Assembly: GCA_946621195.1 (NCBI GenBank)
Contig: CAMOOH010000001.1
Span: forward strand, 1,065 to 65,064
Direction of reading: 5' to 3'
Origin: an uncultured Lachnospiraceae bacterium
Lineage (GTDB): Bacteria; Bacillota; Clostridia; Lachnospirales; Lachnospiraceae
DNA: 64,000 bases
Position 1 is the stretch's first letter. Each line of letters opens with the position of its first letter. Position numbers and translations under genes: made by a program. Positions 55,991-64,000 of the stretch are shown piece after piece. A model generated the notes under the pieces. That model was not told the DNA's origin and ran no database searches. It saw only the letters and a program-made list of their open reading frames with translations.

Positions 55991-57955
55991 TCAGCTTATC
56001 TCGGAGCCGGACGGAACATCCTTCTCCGGAGCCATAAGCACTACATTTCCTTTGTCGTCCTCGGCGCATAGCAGCATACCCTCGGAAAGGACGCCTGCCA
56101 GCTTGGCAGGCTTTAGGTTGACAAGCACCATGACCTTTTTGCCTACCATCTCCTCCGGTGAATACCACTTTCTGATACCGGATACTATCTGCTTTGTTGA
56201 AGATCCTATACGCACCTGTGAGCAAAGGAGCTTTTTGGAGTTTTCAACTGCCTCACAGGCTACGATCTCTCCCACCTGAAACTGCATAGCACCGAACTGG
56301 TCAAAGGTTATCTCGGGCTTTGCCTCGATATCGATACCCTCTTCTTCCTTTTGTCCGGAATCAGCGCTCTTCGAGGCACTCTCCAGGGCAAGGATCTTCT
56401 CCATGATCTCATCCACATCAAGTCTTGCAAACAGTATCTCCGGCTTATCGGTGACCTTTGTCCCGGATACATACTGCCCGAAGCCCTTGCTCAGCTCCTC
56501 AAAGTCTGTCGGCTTTGAGTTTATCTGATCAAGTATCTTCTTGGCTGTCTCCGGCATAAATGACAGCAGCAGAACCGCACTGATCCTTATGCCCTCTATG
56601 AGATTGTAAAGCACGGTAGCCAGACGATCCTTCTTCGCTTCGTCCTTTGCAAGGATCCAGGGCTCGGTCTCATCTATGTATTTGTTGCATCTTTTCAGTA
56701 GGACAAATATCTCGCTTATCGCATCGGCAACGCGAAGCTGATCCATCTTTTCAGCGACCCTGCCCGGTGTGGCTTCGGCAAGACTCTTGAGCTCATCATC
56801 CACAGCCTCACTGACGCCCTTATCGGCCACTACACCGTCAAAATACTTGTTGCTCATGGATATGGTGCGGTTTACGAGGTTGCCAAGTACATTGGCAAGA
56901 TCGGAGTTGTTGCGCTCGACGACCAGCTCCCATGTGATGCTTCCGTCATTTTCATAGGGCATCTCATGAAGCACAAAATATCTCACGGCATCCACACCGA
57001 ATATATCCACAAGGTCATCGGCGTAAATCACATTCCCTTTGGATTTACTCATCTTGTCATTGTTGGTGAGAAGCCACGGATGACCGAAGACCTGTTTGGG
57101 CAAAGGCTCGTTAAGTGCCATCAGCATGATCGGCCAGTATATGGTATGGAAGCGTATGATATCCTTTCCGATCAGATGCAGATCGGCAGGCCAATACTTT
57201 TTGTACAGCTCATCGTGGTTTCCGTCCGCATCGTAGCCAAGTCCGGTGATATAGTTGGAGAGCGCATCGATCCACACATATACGATATGTCCCGGGTCGA
57301 AGTCTACAGGTATCCCCCACTTAAAGCTTGTCCTCGACACACACAGATCCTGAAGTCCCGGCTTTATAAAATTATTTATCATCTCATTTTTTCTGGAAGC
57401 AGGCCATATGAACTCGGGATTATCATTGATATATTTTTCAAGCCTGTCCTGATACTTTGACAGCTTCAAAAAATAAGCCTCCTCCTTTGCAGGCTGGACC
57501 TCGCGTCCGCAGTCGGGACACTTTCCGTCCACAAGCTGTGCGCTTGTAAAAAAGGACTCGCAGGGTGTACAGTAAAGCCCCTCATACTCGCCCTTGTAGA
57601 TATCCCCCTGATCATAGAGCTTTTTGAATATCTTCTTTATCTGTTCTTCATGATCTGGATCGGTCGTGCGTATAAAGCGATCATAGGATGTGTTCATCAG
57701 ATCCCATATACGCTTGATCTCGGCGGACACCCCATCGACAAACTCCTTGGGAGTTACACCTGCCTCTGCCGCCTTTAGCTCGATCTTCTGACCGTGTTCA
57801 TCCGTTCCCGTTTGAAACCTCACATCATAGCCTTCAAACCTTTTGAACCTCGCGATGGCATCCGCAAGCACTATCTCATATGTGTTTCCGATGTGCGGTT
57901 TCCCCGATGTGTAGGTGATCGCTGTTGTCAAATAGTATTTCTTTTTCTCACTCAT
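55991..57955 (-). CDS. metG: Methionine--tRNA ligase with C-terminal tRNA-binding (Trbp111/EMAP-like) domain
   Basis: PHIGNTYE (HIGH-type), KMSKSKGN, the zinc knuckle CPDCG, 654 aa. Confidence 0.95.
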   Translation of the reverse strand: MSEKKKYYLTTAITYTSGKPHIGNTYEIVLADAIARFKRFEGYDVRFQTGTDEHGQKIELKAAEAGVTPKEFVDGVSAEIKRIWDLMNTSYDRFIRTTDPDHEEQIKKIFKKLYDQGDIYKGEYEGLYCTPCESFFTSAQLVDGKCPDCGREVQPAKEEAYFLKLSKYQDRLEKYINDNPEFIWPASRKNEMINNFIKPGLQDLCVSRTSFKWGIPVDFDPGHIVYVWIDALSNYITGLGYDADGNHDELYKKYWPADLHLIGKDIIRFHTIYWPIMLMALNEPLPKQVFGHPWLLTNNDKMSKSKGNVIYADDLVDIFGVDAVRYFVLHEMPYENDGSITWELVVERNNSDLANVLGNLVNRTISMSNKYFDGVVADKGVSEAVDDELKSLAEATPGRVAEKMDQLRVADAISEIFVLLKRCNKYIDETEPWILAKDEAKKDRLATVLYNLIEGIRISAVLLLSFMPETAKKILDQINSKPTDFEELSKGFGQYVSGTKVTDKPEILFARLDVDEIMEKILALESASKSADSGQKEEEGIDIEAKPEITFDQFGAMQFQVGEIVACEAVENSKKLLCSQVRIGSSTKQIVSGIRKWYSPEEMVGKKVMVLVNLKPAKLAGVLSEGMLLCAEDDKGNVVLMAPEKDVPSGSEIS

Positions 57956-57973
57956 TTTTATCCTCCATATCCA

Positions 57974-59026
57974 TTACGGTAAATCCAAAAGCTCCTTTAT
58001 GTGCGGGTCAGATGTCATAAGAGCCGTATTAGCGGTCTTGACCAGGTATCTCATCGCACGCACCGGGTACTCCCCTATAGCTGTCTCACCTGTAAGCATC
58101 AGGGCTGCGGCTCCGTCAAGCACTGCGTTATAAATATCCGATACCTCTGCACGCGTGGGGACCGGGCTTTTTTCCATGGAGTGCAAAAACTCCGTAGCAA
58201 CCAAAAACGGCTTCCCCTCTCTATGACATACCTGTGCTATCTCCTTTTGGATCTTGGGCAGCTCCCACAGCGGAAACGCATTTCCGAGATCACCTCTCGC
58301 AATAACTATCATATCGCACAGCTGCGTGATCTCTCCTATATGCTCATAGCCTGCCCTGTTTTCTATCTTTGCAAAAATACGCACATCATCGGCGTCATTT
58401 TTGCGAAGCTCTTCCTTTAAAAGCTGGATATCTCCCGCGCCTCTTACAAACGGCAGCATGACTCCGGTAACTCCGTACTGATGAACAAGCTTTAGCTGCT
58501 TTTTGTCCTGCTCGGTAAGCGTTGAGAAGTCCGACGGAGCATCGGAAACGGTGATATTTTTCCTGGAGATCAGCCTTCCACCGCGAATTATCCTGCAAAC
58601 CGCCGCCATGACCTGCTTATCACCCTTTGCTCCTCCCTTGGGGACTCCTTCAGTGAGCTTCAGCACCTCCAGCTTTATCTTGCCGTCATCTATCAGAAGC
58701 TCCTGTCCGACTCTGAAGGTCTCGAGCGTCACACGTCTTATCGGTATGTCCTCACCGATACCGATCTTTATCTTGTGCCCCTCCTTTAATTCAAGAGGTC
58801 TCGTCAGATCACCTATACGCTGCTCCGGTCCCATCAGATCTATCACAAGCTCCGGCTTTATACCCTGTGACTTGGCAGCCTTAAAGACCCTTCCTATCGT
58901 AAGCGATGCCTCACTCAGGCTCTGATGCGCTATATTGAGGCGTATACCTGTCATCCCGTAGCCAAACATCTTCTCCAGTATTTCAACATTGTTACACGCC
59001 TCTCCAAGCGTTCCGTAGTATTCCAT
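57974..59026 (-). CDS. Pyruvate kinase-like protein lacking the C-terminal regulatory domain
   Basis: 350 aa with PK barrel blocks RLNIAHQ, DLMGPEQRIG, AKIENRAG, IARGDLG, ATEFLHSM and PTRAEVSDIYNAVLDGAAALMLTGETA. The protein ends right after the A domain. Confidence 0.78.
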   Translation of the reverse strand: MEYYGTLGEACNNVEILEKMFGYGMTGIRLNIAHQSLSEASLTIGRVFKAAKSQGIKPELVIDLMGPEQRIGDLTRPLELKEGHKIKIGIGEDIPIRRVTLETFRVGQELLIDDGKIKLEVLKLTEGVPKGGAKGDKQVMAAVCRIIRGGRLISRKNITVSDAPSDFSTLTEQDKKQLKLVHQYGVTGVMLPFVRGAGDIQLLKEELRKNDADDVRIFAKIENRAGYEHIGEITQLCDMIVIARGDLGNAFPLWELPKIQKEIAQVCHREGKPFLVATEFLHSMEKSPVPTRAEVSDIYNAVLDGAAALMLTGETAIGEYPVRAMRYLVKTANTALMTSDPHIKELLDLP

Positions 59027-59029
59027 ATC

Positions 59030-60082
59030 TCATCCCACGCCTTTCTCATGGTGAGCAGCAACGTCACCACGCACACCTCCGATACGATCCCTGATATGTA
59101 TAACTGCCTTATGATATACCCAAGCCAACACGACCGTCAACAGCAAACAGGTCACGGCATACATGAGTCCGCCATCCTCCCAGCCGGGAACCCTCAAAAG
59201 CGCCATCATAGGCAATCTCATCAATATATAAACCTCAAACAGATGCTCTCCGAGCCACAAAAACACGACATCCGGGAACGGCACCAGATAGGAAATAAGC
59301 ACCACTCCCATACAGAAAAATACACTCATAAGCAGGAATATATAATCACTGTAATCCTTCTGCAGATAAAACCTCAAGGCTATGGTGATACCGACGCTAA
59401 GCACCAACATGACCACGTATCTTATCCCCGCCTTACAGCTGCCTATCCTGCCGTCTCTCCCAATACCGCATATGCTCAGTATACGCTCTTTGTTTTGCGA
59501 GAAAAATATCCCGAACAAATATGCCGATATGGTCGTGTAATAATACTCCGGAGTCGTACGCATCAATACTGCTATATATACAGCCGAGATAAGTACAGTT
59601 ATCACAAGCCCGGTCGCCATCCCTCTTTTGGACGCTATACCGGCTGTCCTGTCTGCGATCACAAAGGATATCCATGTGATAATATACAGGCAAAGTATGA
59701 CAAAAATATACCAGTTTGAGTTGCCCAGATTTTTCCATGCGATTAGGGACAGCAGTGCCTGATCCCATGTGAACTCTATGCCGAGTATCACATCAAGTAT
59801 CCCGTAAAGGATCACCGCGGGTATATATATAAGGAGCACGCCAAGCACTCTGCGAAGGGGCATATTTTTCACATAATCCATGCCCTTTTTCTTTATGGAT
59901 TCCATAACCCCGTATCCGGAGTAGAACAAAAATGTTGCAACCATCAGCTGCCAGAACGCCCGGCACATCCACGAAAGAGCAGGCGCTATGGTCATGTACG
60001 TGCGCAGATGGGATATAAAGACGATCATTATAAAAAACCCATTGACACACGAGGTCGCCTGTTTATCAAGGAACTTATACAT
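59030..60082 (-). CDS. Acyltransferase family 3 membrane protein
   Basis: 350 aa and ~10 TM segments. The N-terminal NGFFIMIVFISHL block is typical of acyltransferase_3 proteins. An AGGGGGA SD is present. Confidence 0.78.
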   Translation of the reverse strand: MYKFLDKQATSCVNGFFIMIVFISHLRTYMTIAPALSWMCRAFWQLMVATFLFYSGYGVMESIKKKGMDYVKNMPLRRVLGVLLIYIPAVILYGILDVILGIEFTWDQALLSLIAWKNLGNSNWYIFVILCLYIITWISFVIADRTAGIASKRGMATGLVITVLISAVYIAVLMRTTPEYYYTTISAYLFGIFFSQNKERILSICGIGRDGRIGSCKAGIRYVVMLVLSVGITIALRFYLQKDYSDYIFLLMSVFFCMGVVLISYLVPFPDVVFLWLGEHLFEVYILMRLPMMALLRVPGWEDGGLMYAVTCLLLTVVLAWVYHKAVIHIRDRIGGVRGDVAAHHEKGVG

Positions 60083-60128
60083 CTCAGCTTTGTCCCCCTA
60101 ATCGATACCACAAATCAGTGCTTCTACA

Positions 60129-60157
60129 ATTATACAAAAAAAGCTTAGCAAATGCAA
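60129..60157 (-). promoter_or_regulatory. Promoter TTGCAT-17-TATAAT for the acyltransferase / PK-like / metG / tatD / rsmA string
   Basis: The minus strand has TTGCAT (60157-60152), a 17-nt spacer and TATAAT (60134-60129). Confidence 0.6.
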
Positions 60158-60206
60158 GGCTTTTTATCCGCGTTTTGTTTTCATCATTTTCCCGGTCAGC
60201 ATAGTC

Positions 60207-60235
60207 TTGATTTCTCATGCATTATGTGATACAAT
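60207..60235 (+). promoter_or_regulatory. Promoter TTGATT-17-TGaTACAAT for the HAD hydrolase gene
   Basis: TTGATT at 60207-60212, a 17-nt spacer, TGA plus TACAAT at 60227-60235, and a ~95-nt leader. Confidence 0.55.
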
Positions 60236-60337
60236 CACATTCGAGTTCACCTTTGGTGTTGCGTGCAGGGAGCTGATATGTCATATGGCTGCCGAGGGAT
60301 ACTCCGTGAAGCAGATCAGGGATAGGGGAGGTTTATA

Positions 60338-60976
60338 ATGATCAAAAATATTATATTTGATGTGGGCGATGTGCTAGTCGATTTCAGGTATCACGAATAT
60401 ATGAAGGATCTTGGATTTGACGAGGATTCCATCATCTTTTTGCGTGACAATATGATCTTTACCGACTTTTGGGAGGGGATGGATCTCGGAGTCAGAGACG
60501 TGGATGACGCATGCGGTTATTTTTCTGAAAAATATCCCGACTATTCGGACAAGATCACCACGTTCTGGAATAACATAGAAAGCATAGTATCGGAATACGG
60601 GTATGCCGCCCCACTTATAAGATCTCTTAAGGACAAGGGCTACAAGGTATATCTGCTGTCCAACTACCCGGACAAGCTTGCCGACATGCACTGGAAGAGG
60701 TTCACATTTTTGGAATACATCGACGGCTTTATCATATCCGCAAAGGTAAAGCTTGCCAAGCCGGACCCGGCGATCTACAGACTGCTCATGGACAGGTATC
60801 GGTTGAAGGCGGAGCAATGCCTGTTTATCGACGACAGGGAGAAAAATGTCAACGCCGCCGTCGAAGTTGGCATGAGAAGTATACTATTCAATGGATACGA
60901 TGAGCTTGTCGGGGAGCTTGAAAAAATATATGACAATGAAAATGAGGAAGCGCTCTCTTCATCTGACCCCCGGTGA
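60338..60976 (+). CDS. HAD-superfamily hydrolase (subfamily IA-like)
   Basis: Motif I IIFDVGDVLVDF, motif II LLSN and motif IV FIDDREKNV. A GGGGAGG SD is present. Confidence 0.85.
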   Translation: MIKNIIFDVGDVLVDFRYHEYMKDLGFDEDSIIFLRDNMIFTDFWEGMDLGVRDVDDACGYFSEKYPDYSDKITTFWNNIESIVSEYGYAAPLIRSLKDKGYKVYLLSNYPDKLADMHWKRFTFLEYIDGFIISAKVKLAKPDPAIYRLLMDRYRLKAEQCLFIDDREKNVNAAVEVGMRSILFNGYDELVGELEKIYDNENEEALSSSDPR

Positions 60977-61009
60977 TCGATACACTCTGTTATATATTCT
61001 CTGCTATAT

Positions 61010-61711
61010 TTACAGTCCATGCAGTTCTTCGGCAGGGACGATATTATCATTTATGCCATATTCGACGATGCTGCCGTCCTTCATTACAAAGTTTTTCTTC
61101 ATCATCTCAGGAATGACCTGATTATGTGTGACCATAAGGATAGTAGTTCCGAATTCTGCATTGACCTTTTCCAACAGGATAAGTGTTTCCCTTGCTGTAG
61201 CGGAATCCAATGCACCTGTCGGTTCATCACAAAGCAAAAGCTTAGGATTTTTGATCAGTGCTCTTGCGATCGCAACTCTTTGCTGCTGACCGCCGGAAAG
61301 CTGGCTCGGATATTTGCGTTCCATGCCGGTCAGACTGAGGGCATTGGCGAGCTCCTCATAATCCAAAGGAGTATCCGTCAGTTTTTCGGCAACACGGATA
61401 TTGTCGCGAACATTCAGCCCCTGTATCAGGTTATAAAACTGAAAAATATACCCGATATTATCACGTCTGAACCTTGCCAGCTCCTTTTTGTTAAGCCCTA
61501 CAACTGATTTTCCGTCAATTGTTATATCGCCGCCGTCCACGACCTCCAAGGCTCCGATACAGTTGAGAAGCGTAGATTTTCCGCAGCCCGAAGATCCTAT
61601 GATGGAAGCCATATCTCCCTTTTCAAGAGAACAGCTTACACCCTTTAGTACCTCCTGTTTTCCGCCGCTTACTCCATAGCTTTTTTTCACATTTGACACT
61701 TCAAGATACAT
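61010..61711 (-). CDS. ABC transporter ATP-binding protein (MacB/LolD/FtsE-like)
   Basis: GSSGCGKSTLL, LSGGQQQRVAIARA, LLCDEPTGALD. Confidence 0.9.
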   Translation of the reverse strand: MYLEVSNVKKSYGVSGGKQEVLKGVSCSLEKGDMASIIGSSGCGKSTLLNCIGALEVVDGGDITIDGKSVVGLNKKELARFRRDNIGYIFQFYNLIQGLNVRDNIRVAEKLTDTPLDYEELANALSLTGMERKYPSQLSGGQQQRVAIARALIKNPKLLLCDEPTGALDSATARETLILLEKVNAEFGTTILMVTHNQVIPEMMKKNFVMKDGSIVEYGINDNIVPAEELHGL

Positions 61712-61723
61712 AGCTCCACCTCT

Positions 61724-63907
61724 TTATTCTCTGCTTCGTAAATAGTACAAGCTGTCAATATTTCGTATTCGTCTCAGCCCCGGGATCACAGAAAGGATAA
61801 TGATAAAGGCCGCAGCCGACAGATGAAGGAGATACTCTGTCAGGTGATAATCGATCATTATTCCGATCGGTGTCGATGCGATCAGTTCGGGCATCATCAT
61901 CTTGGAAAACAGATATCCCAGGGGAAGAACGATGATCACGGCAAGGAAGGAAAAGGCAACGAGCTTTATGATAAACATTCTCGCCAATTCCGGACTGCTG
62001 TAACCAAATGCGGATAAAATTGCTATATCCCGCTGGCTTAGAACGATTGTAAACTGTATAAGATAGATCATCATTATGGCATAAAAGGCTATCGCGAGAA
62101 TATAAAACATATCCCTGCTTGATTCGACCTCCGGCTCGAGCTGTTCGACCGGGGAGATAAGCTCATCCTTTGTAGCTGACCCGAACAGCATATCCTGTGT
62201 ATAATCAAGACGTTCGTCGGAGTATATCATGTTGAACCCGATCCCGTCCTTTCCAAGGAGACCCATTAGATCGCTGATATTCATAAAGACCGTAAGCATA
62301 ACACTGTAATCAGTGATATCACTGATATTCATTTCATATTTCTGCCCGGTTATGGGGTCAAATACCTTAAATACATCCCCTATACCAAGCCCATATCTGC
62401 TTGCCACAGCCGAACTGATCGCTATGCCTCCGTTGAGCTTTTCGGGATCTACATCAAAGAACGGATGTGCCTTCTCTATCCCGATAAATTGTATGTTTCT
62501 GATATATCCGTGATCCTCCAGAGAAAAGAAATGCCTGTATGTTCCCAGCGCCCCTTCCGGCACATCCTTTGTATCCCGGGTCAGCTCATATACATATTGA
62601 TATTTGATCTCTTCGGGAAGTCTTTCCTTTATCGTGCTACAATACAACCCGACGCCTCGTCCTGTCATAAAAATAAATGAGGTAAGTAATGTCCCGACAA
62701 GCATGGCTGTAACGATCCATTTTTTTGAAAAAACGCGTGTATCATTCGATGGATTTATAAGTGATATAACAGGCATCGAAAATTTCTTCCTGATCAGCAG
62801 CATATTGATCAGAGTACAGATAAGCGGCGGCATCAATACACAGTAGAGAAAGATCCAAATATTTGTCCTCATCGCAGTTTCGGGGATACAATAATAACCC
62901 TTACTGGTTGCTATGGATTCCAGATCAAAGAATATGCTCAATAAAAATCCGATCAGACCTCCAAGAAATCCTGTTATGGCAAAAGGAACGAGGATCATCG
63001 GGTAGATGTCACTTTTAGTGACGCCCATTGCCAAAAGCGCACCGATCGAGGGGCTGTCCTTGTCGAGTGTAAAGCGCAGCCGCAGATAGAAGATAAGCGA
63101 TATCATTACCAGGAGTCCGATCCCGGTCACGGCTCCCACAAGTCCGTAAGCCTCATTATCGGTTTGGGAAGCGCCGATACGGTTGTTGTTTTCATCCGGT
63201 ACAAATGTAACGAGGTTGTCCCCTTCGCCGAGATCATTTACAAGAAATGCCCTTATGTCATCATCCGAGCAGCCGTCGCAGAGCTTGTAAGCATACACAT
63301 ACATCTCATTTGTATTATTTCCAAGCTCCTCAAGAAAACTCTGATATGTCGCAGGTGAAACAAAAATTATTCCAAAGGCTTCGCTGTCTGAGCCGTAATC
63401 ATCCATACCCTTTGAGGGTGAATTGTAATCTGCCACTGAGCCGATACCTGTCACATGGAAGGCTTTACCGGCACAGCTGATGGTGTCGGATACCTTGATC
63501 CCGTGATGATAGGCATAGCAATTATCCATTACGGCATCATAGTCGTTAACGGCAAGCTCGCCCTCGTCAAGTATGATCTTGTCTATATCTTGTCTGGTTT
63601 TCATAACTCTGAGAACAGAGCCGTCATCCATCTGCAGATCATAATAAAATGTGTGCTCTATAGTAAATCCCGCATCCAACAGCTTCTGCTCACTGCCTGC
63701 GTCAAGCGGTGTAAGGACCTGAAATTGACCATCCTCGATATTGGAGGTCCGGGTCACCTCTTCATATGCGATCCCGGAGGAATATGTGACCCCGGCAAAA
63801 GCCGATGCTATATACATTCCTGCCGTCACGAGGATCATCAAAAGAATATATGTTCCGCAGCTTTTCCTGATCGTTTCAGGAATGGTTTTCATAAGAAGTA
63901 TTTTCAT
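61724..63907 (-). CDS. FtsX-family ABC transporter permease (duplicated FtsX module, 727 aa)
   Basis: Two repeats, each with one TM, a large extracytoplasmic domain and three TM segments. It sits immediately upstream of the cognate ATPase. Confidence 0.85.
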   Translation of the reverse strand: MKILLMKTIPETIRKSCGTYILLMILVTAGMYIASAFAGVTYSSGIAYEEVTRTSNIEDGQFQVLTPLDAGSEQKLLDAGFTIEHTFYYDLQMDDGSVLRVMKTRQDIDKIILDEGELAVNDYDAVMDNCYAYHHGIKVSDTISCAGKAFHVTGIGSVADYNSPSKGMDDYGSDSEAFGIIFVSPATYQSFLEELGNNTNEMYVYAYKLCDGCSDDDIRAFLVNDLGEGDNLVTFVPDENNNRIGASQTDNEAYGLVGAVTGIGLLVMISLIFYLRLRFTLDKDSPSIGALLAMGVTKSDIYPMILVPFAITGFLGGLIGFLLSIFFDLESIATSKGYYCIPETAMRTNIWIFLYCVLMPPLICTLINMLLIRKKFSMPVISLINPSNDTRVFSKKWIVTAMLVGTLLTSFIFMTGRGVGLYCSTIKERLPEEIKYQYVYELTRDTKDVPEGALGTYRHFFSLEDHGYIRNIQFIGIEKAHPFFDVDPEKLNGGIAISSAVASRYGLGIGDVFKVFDPITGQKYEMNISDITDYSVMLTVFMNISDLMGLLGKDGIGFNMIYSDERLDYTQDMLFGSATKDELISPVEQLEPEVESSRDMFYILAIAFYAIMMIYLIQFTIVLSQRDIAILSAFGYSSPELARMFIIKLVAFSFLAVIIVLPLGYLFSKMMMPELIASTPIGIMIDYHLTEYLLHLSAAAFIIILSVIPGLRRIRNIDSLYYLRSRE

Positions 63908-63940
63908 TTTGCATCACCCGTATGTTATAACTGTACATAT

Positions 63941-63969
63941 AATATACCATAAAGCTTTTATGATTTCAA
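63941..63969 (-). promoter_or_regulatory. Promoter TTGAAA-17-TGgTATATT of the FtsX/ABC operon
   Basis: The minus strand has TTGAAA (63969-63964), a 17-nt spacer and TATATT (63946-63941) with an upstream TG. Confidence 0.55.
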
Positions 63970-63981
63970 TAGGATTTCAAT
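63962..63981. promoter_or_regulatory. Tandem 9-bp direct repeat ATTGAAATC x2 with 11-bp phasing, overlapping the -35
   Basis: Plus-strand GATTTCAAT at 63962-63970 and 63973-63981. This geometry is typical of OmpR/PhoB-type response-regulator sites. Confidence 0.4.
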
Positions 63982-64000
63982 TTGCCTCCAAATTAGCCTT

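Noticed and set aside
1-64000. Mobile elements, prophage, integrative islands, tRNA or rRNA genes
   Set aside because: No transposase, integrase, recombinase or phage structural ORFs were seen. No terminal inverted repeats flank any block. No cloverleaf-like or rRNA-like sequence occurs in any intergenic gap. The only structured RNA recognised is ffs.

Overview
The window looks like a core chromosomal segment of a low/medium-GC Firmicute. I infer Clostridia, probably Lachnospiraceae-like, from gene content, GGAGG-type Shine-Dalgarno (SD) sites and a long Bacillus-type SRP RNA. I call about 54 protein genes, roughly 46 of them on the minus strand in tight, often overlapping strings, plus one ncRNA (ffs). 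I found no rRNA, tRNA, CRISPR array, transposase, integrase or prophage genes.

Housekeeping content:
- glgP, a long type-2-like ileS, thyX, murA, tadA, bioY, trpS, mecA, mnmA, glpK, metG, tatD and rsmA/ksgA.
- Pieces of the B. subtilis origin-proximal gene order: tadA-scr, yaaO-(tmk slot)-yaaR-holB-yaaT-yabB, and metS-yabD-ksgA.

Accessory content:
- An ABC-2 transporter with a HisKA_3/LuxR two-component system.
- A MoxR-DUF58-transglutaminase operon and an orphan AbiEi-like gene.
- An amino-acid ABC transporter, a MATE pump and a FtsX/MacB-like ABC pair.
- Four c-di-GMP turnover proteins.

Most noteworthy observations:
1. An operon in which an orphan solute-binding lipoprotein is translationally coupled to a membrane GGDEF*/EAL sensor. 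It is followed by a second GGDEF*/EAL protein and an 839-aa surface protein, and is a candidate ligand-gated c-di-GMP switch.
2. An uncharacterised, translationally coupled pair: a 764-aa cNMP-binding-like protein plus a 532-aa protein with a helical N-terminus, a 39-nt tandem repeat and a degenerate AAA-like C-terminus.
3. An 850-bp mostly non-coding locus (25.5-26.3 kb) with a near-consensus promoter, mini-ORFs and stacked hairpin repeats. One repeat recurs at 4.58 kb.
4. A pyruvate-kinase paralogue that lacks the C-terminal domain.

All family assignments come from motif recognition by eye. None has been checked against a database.
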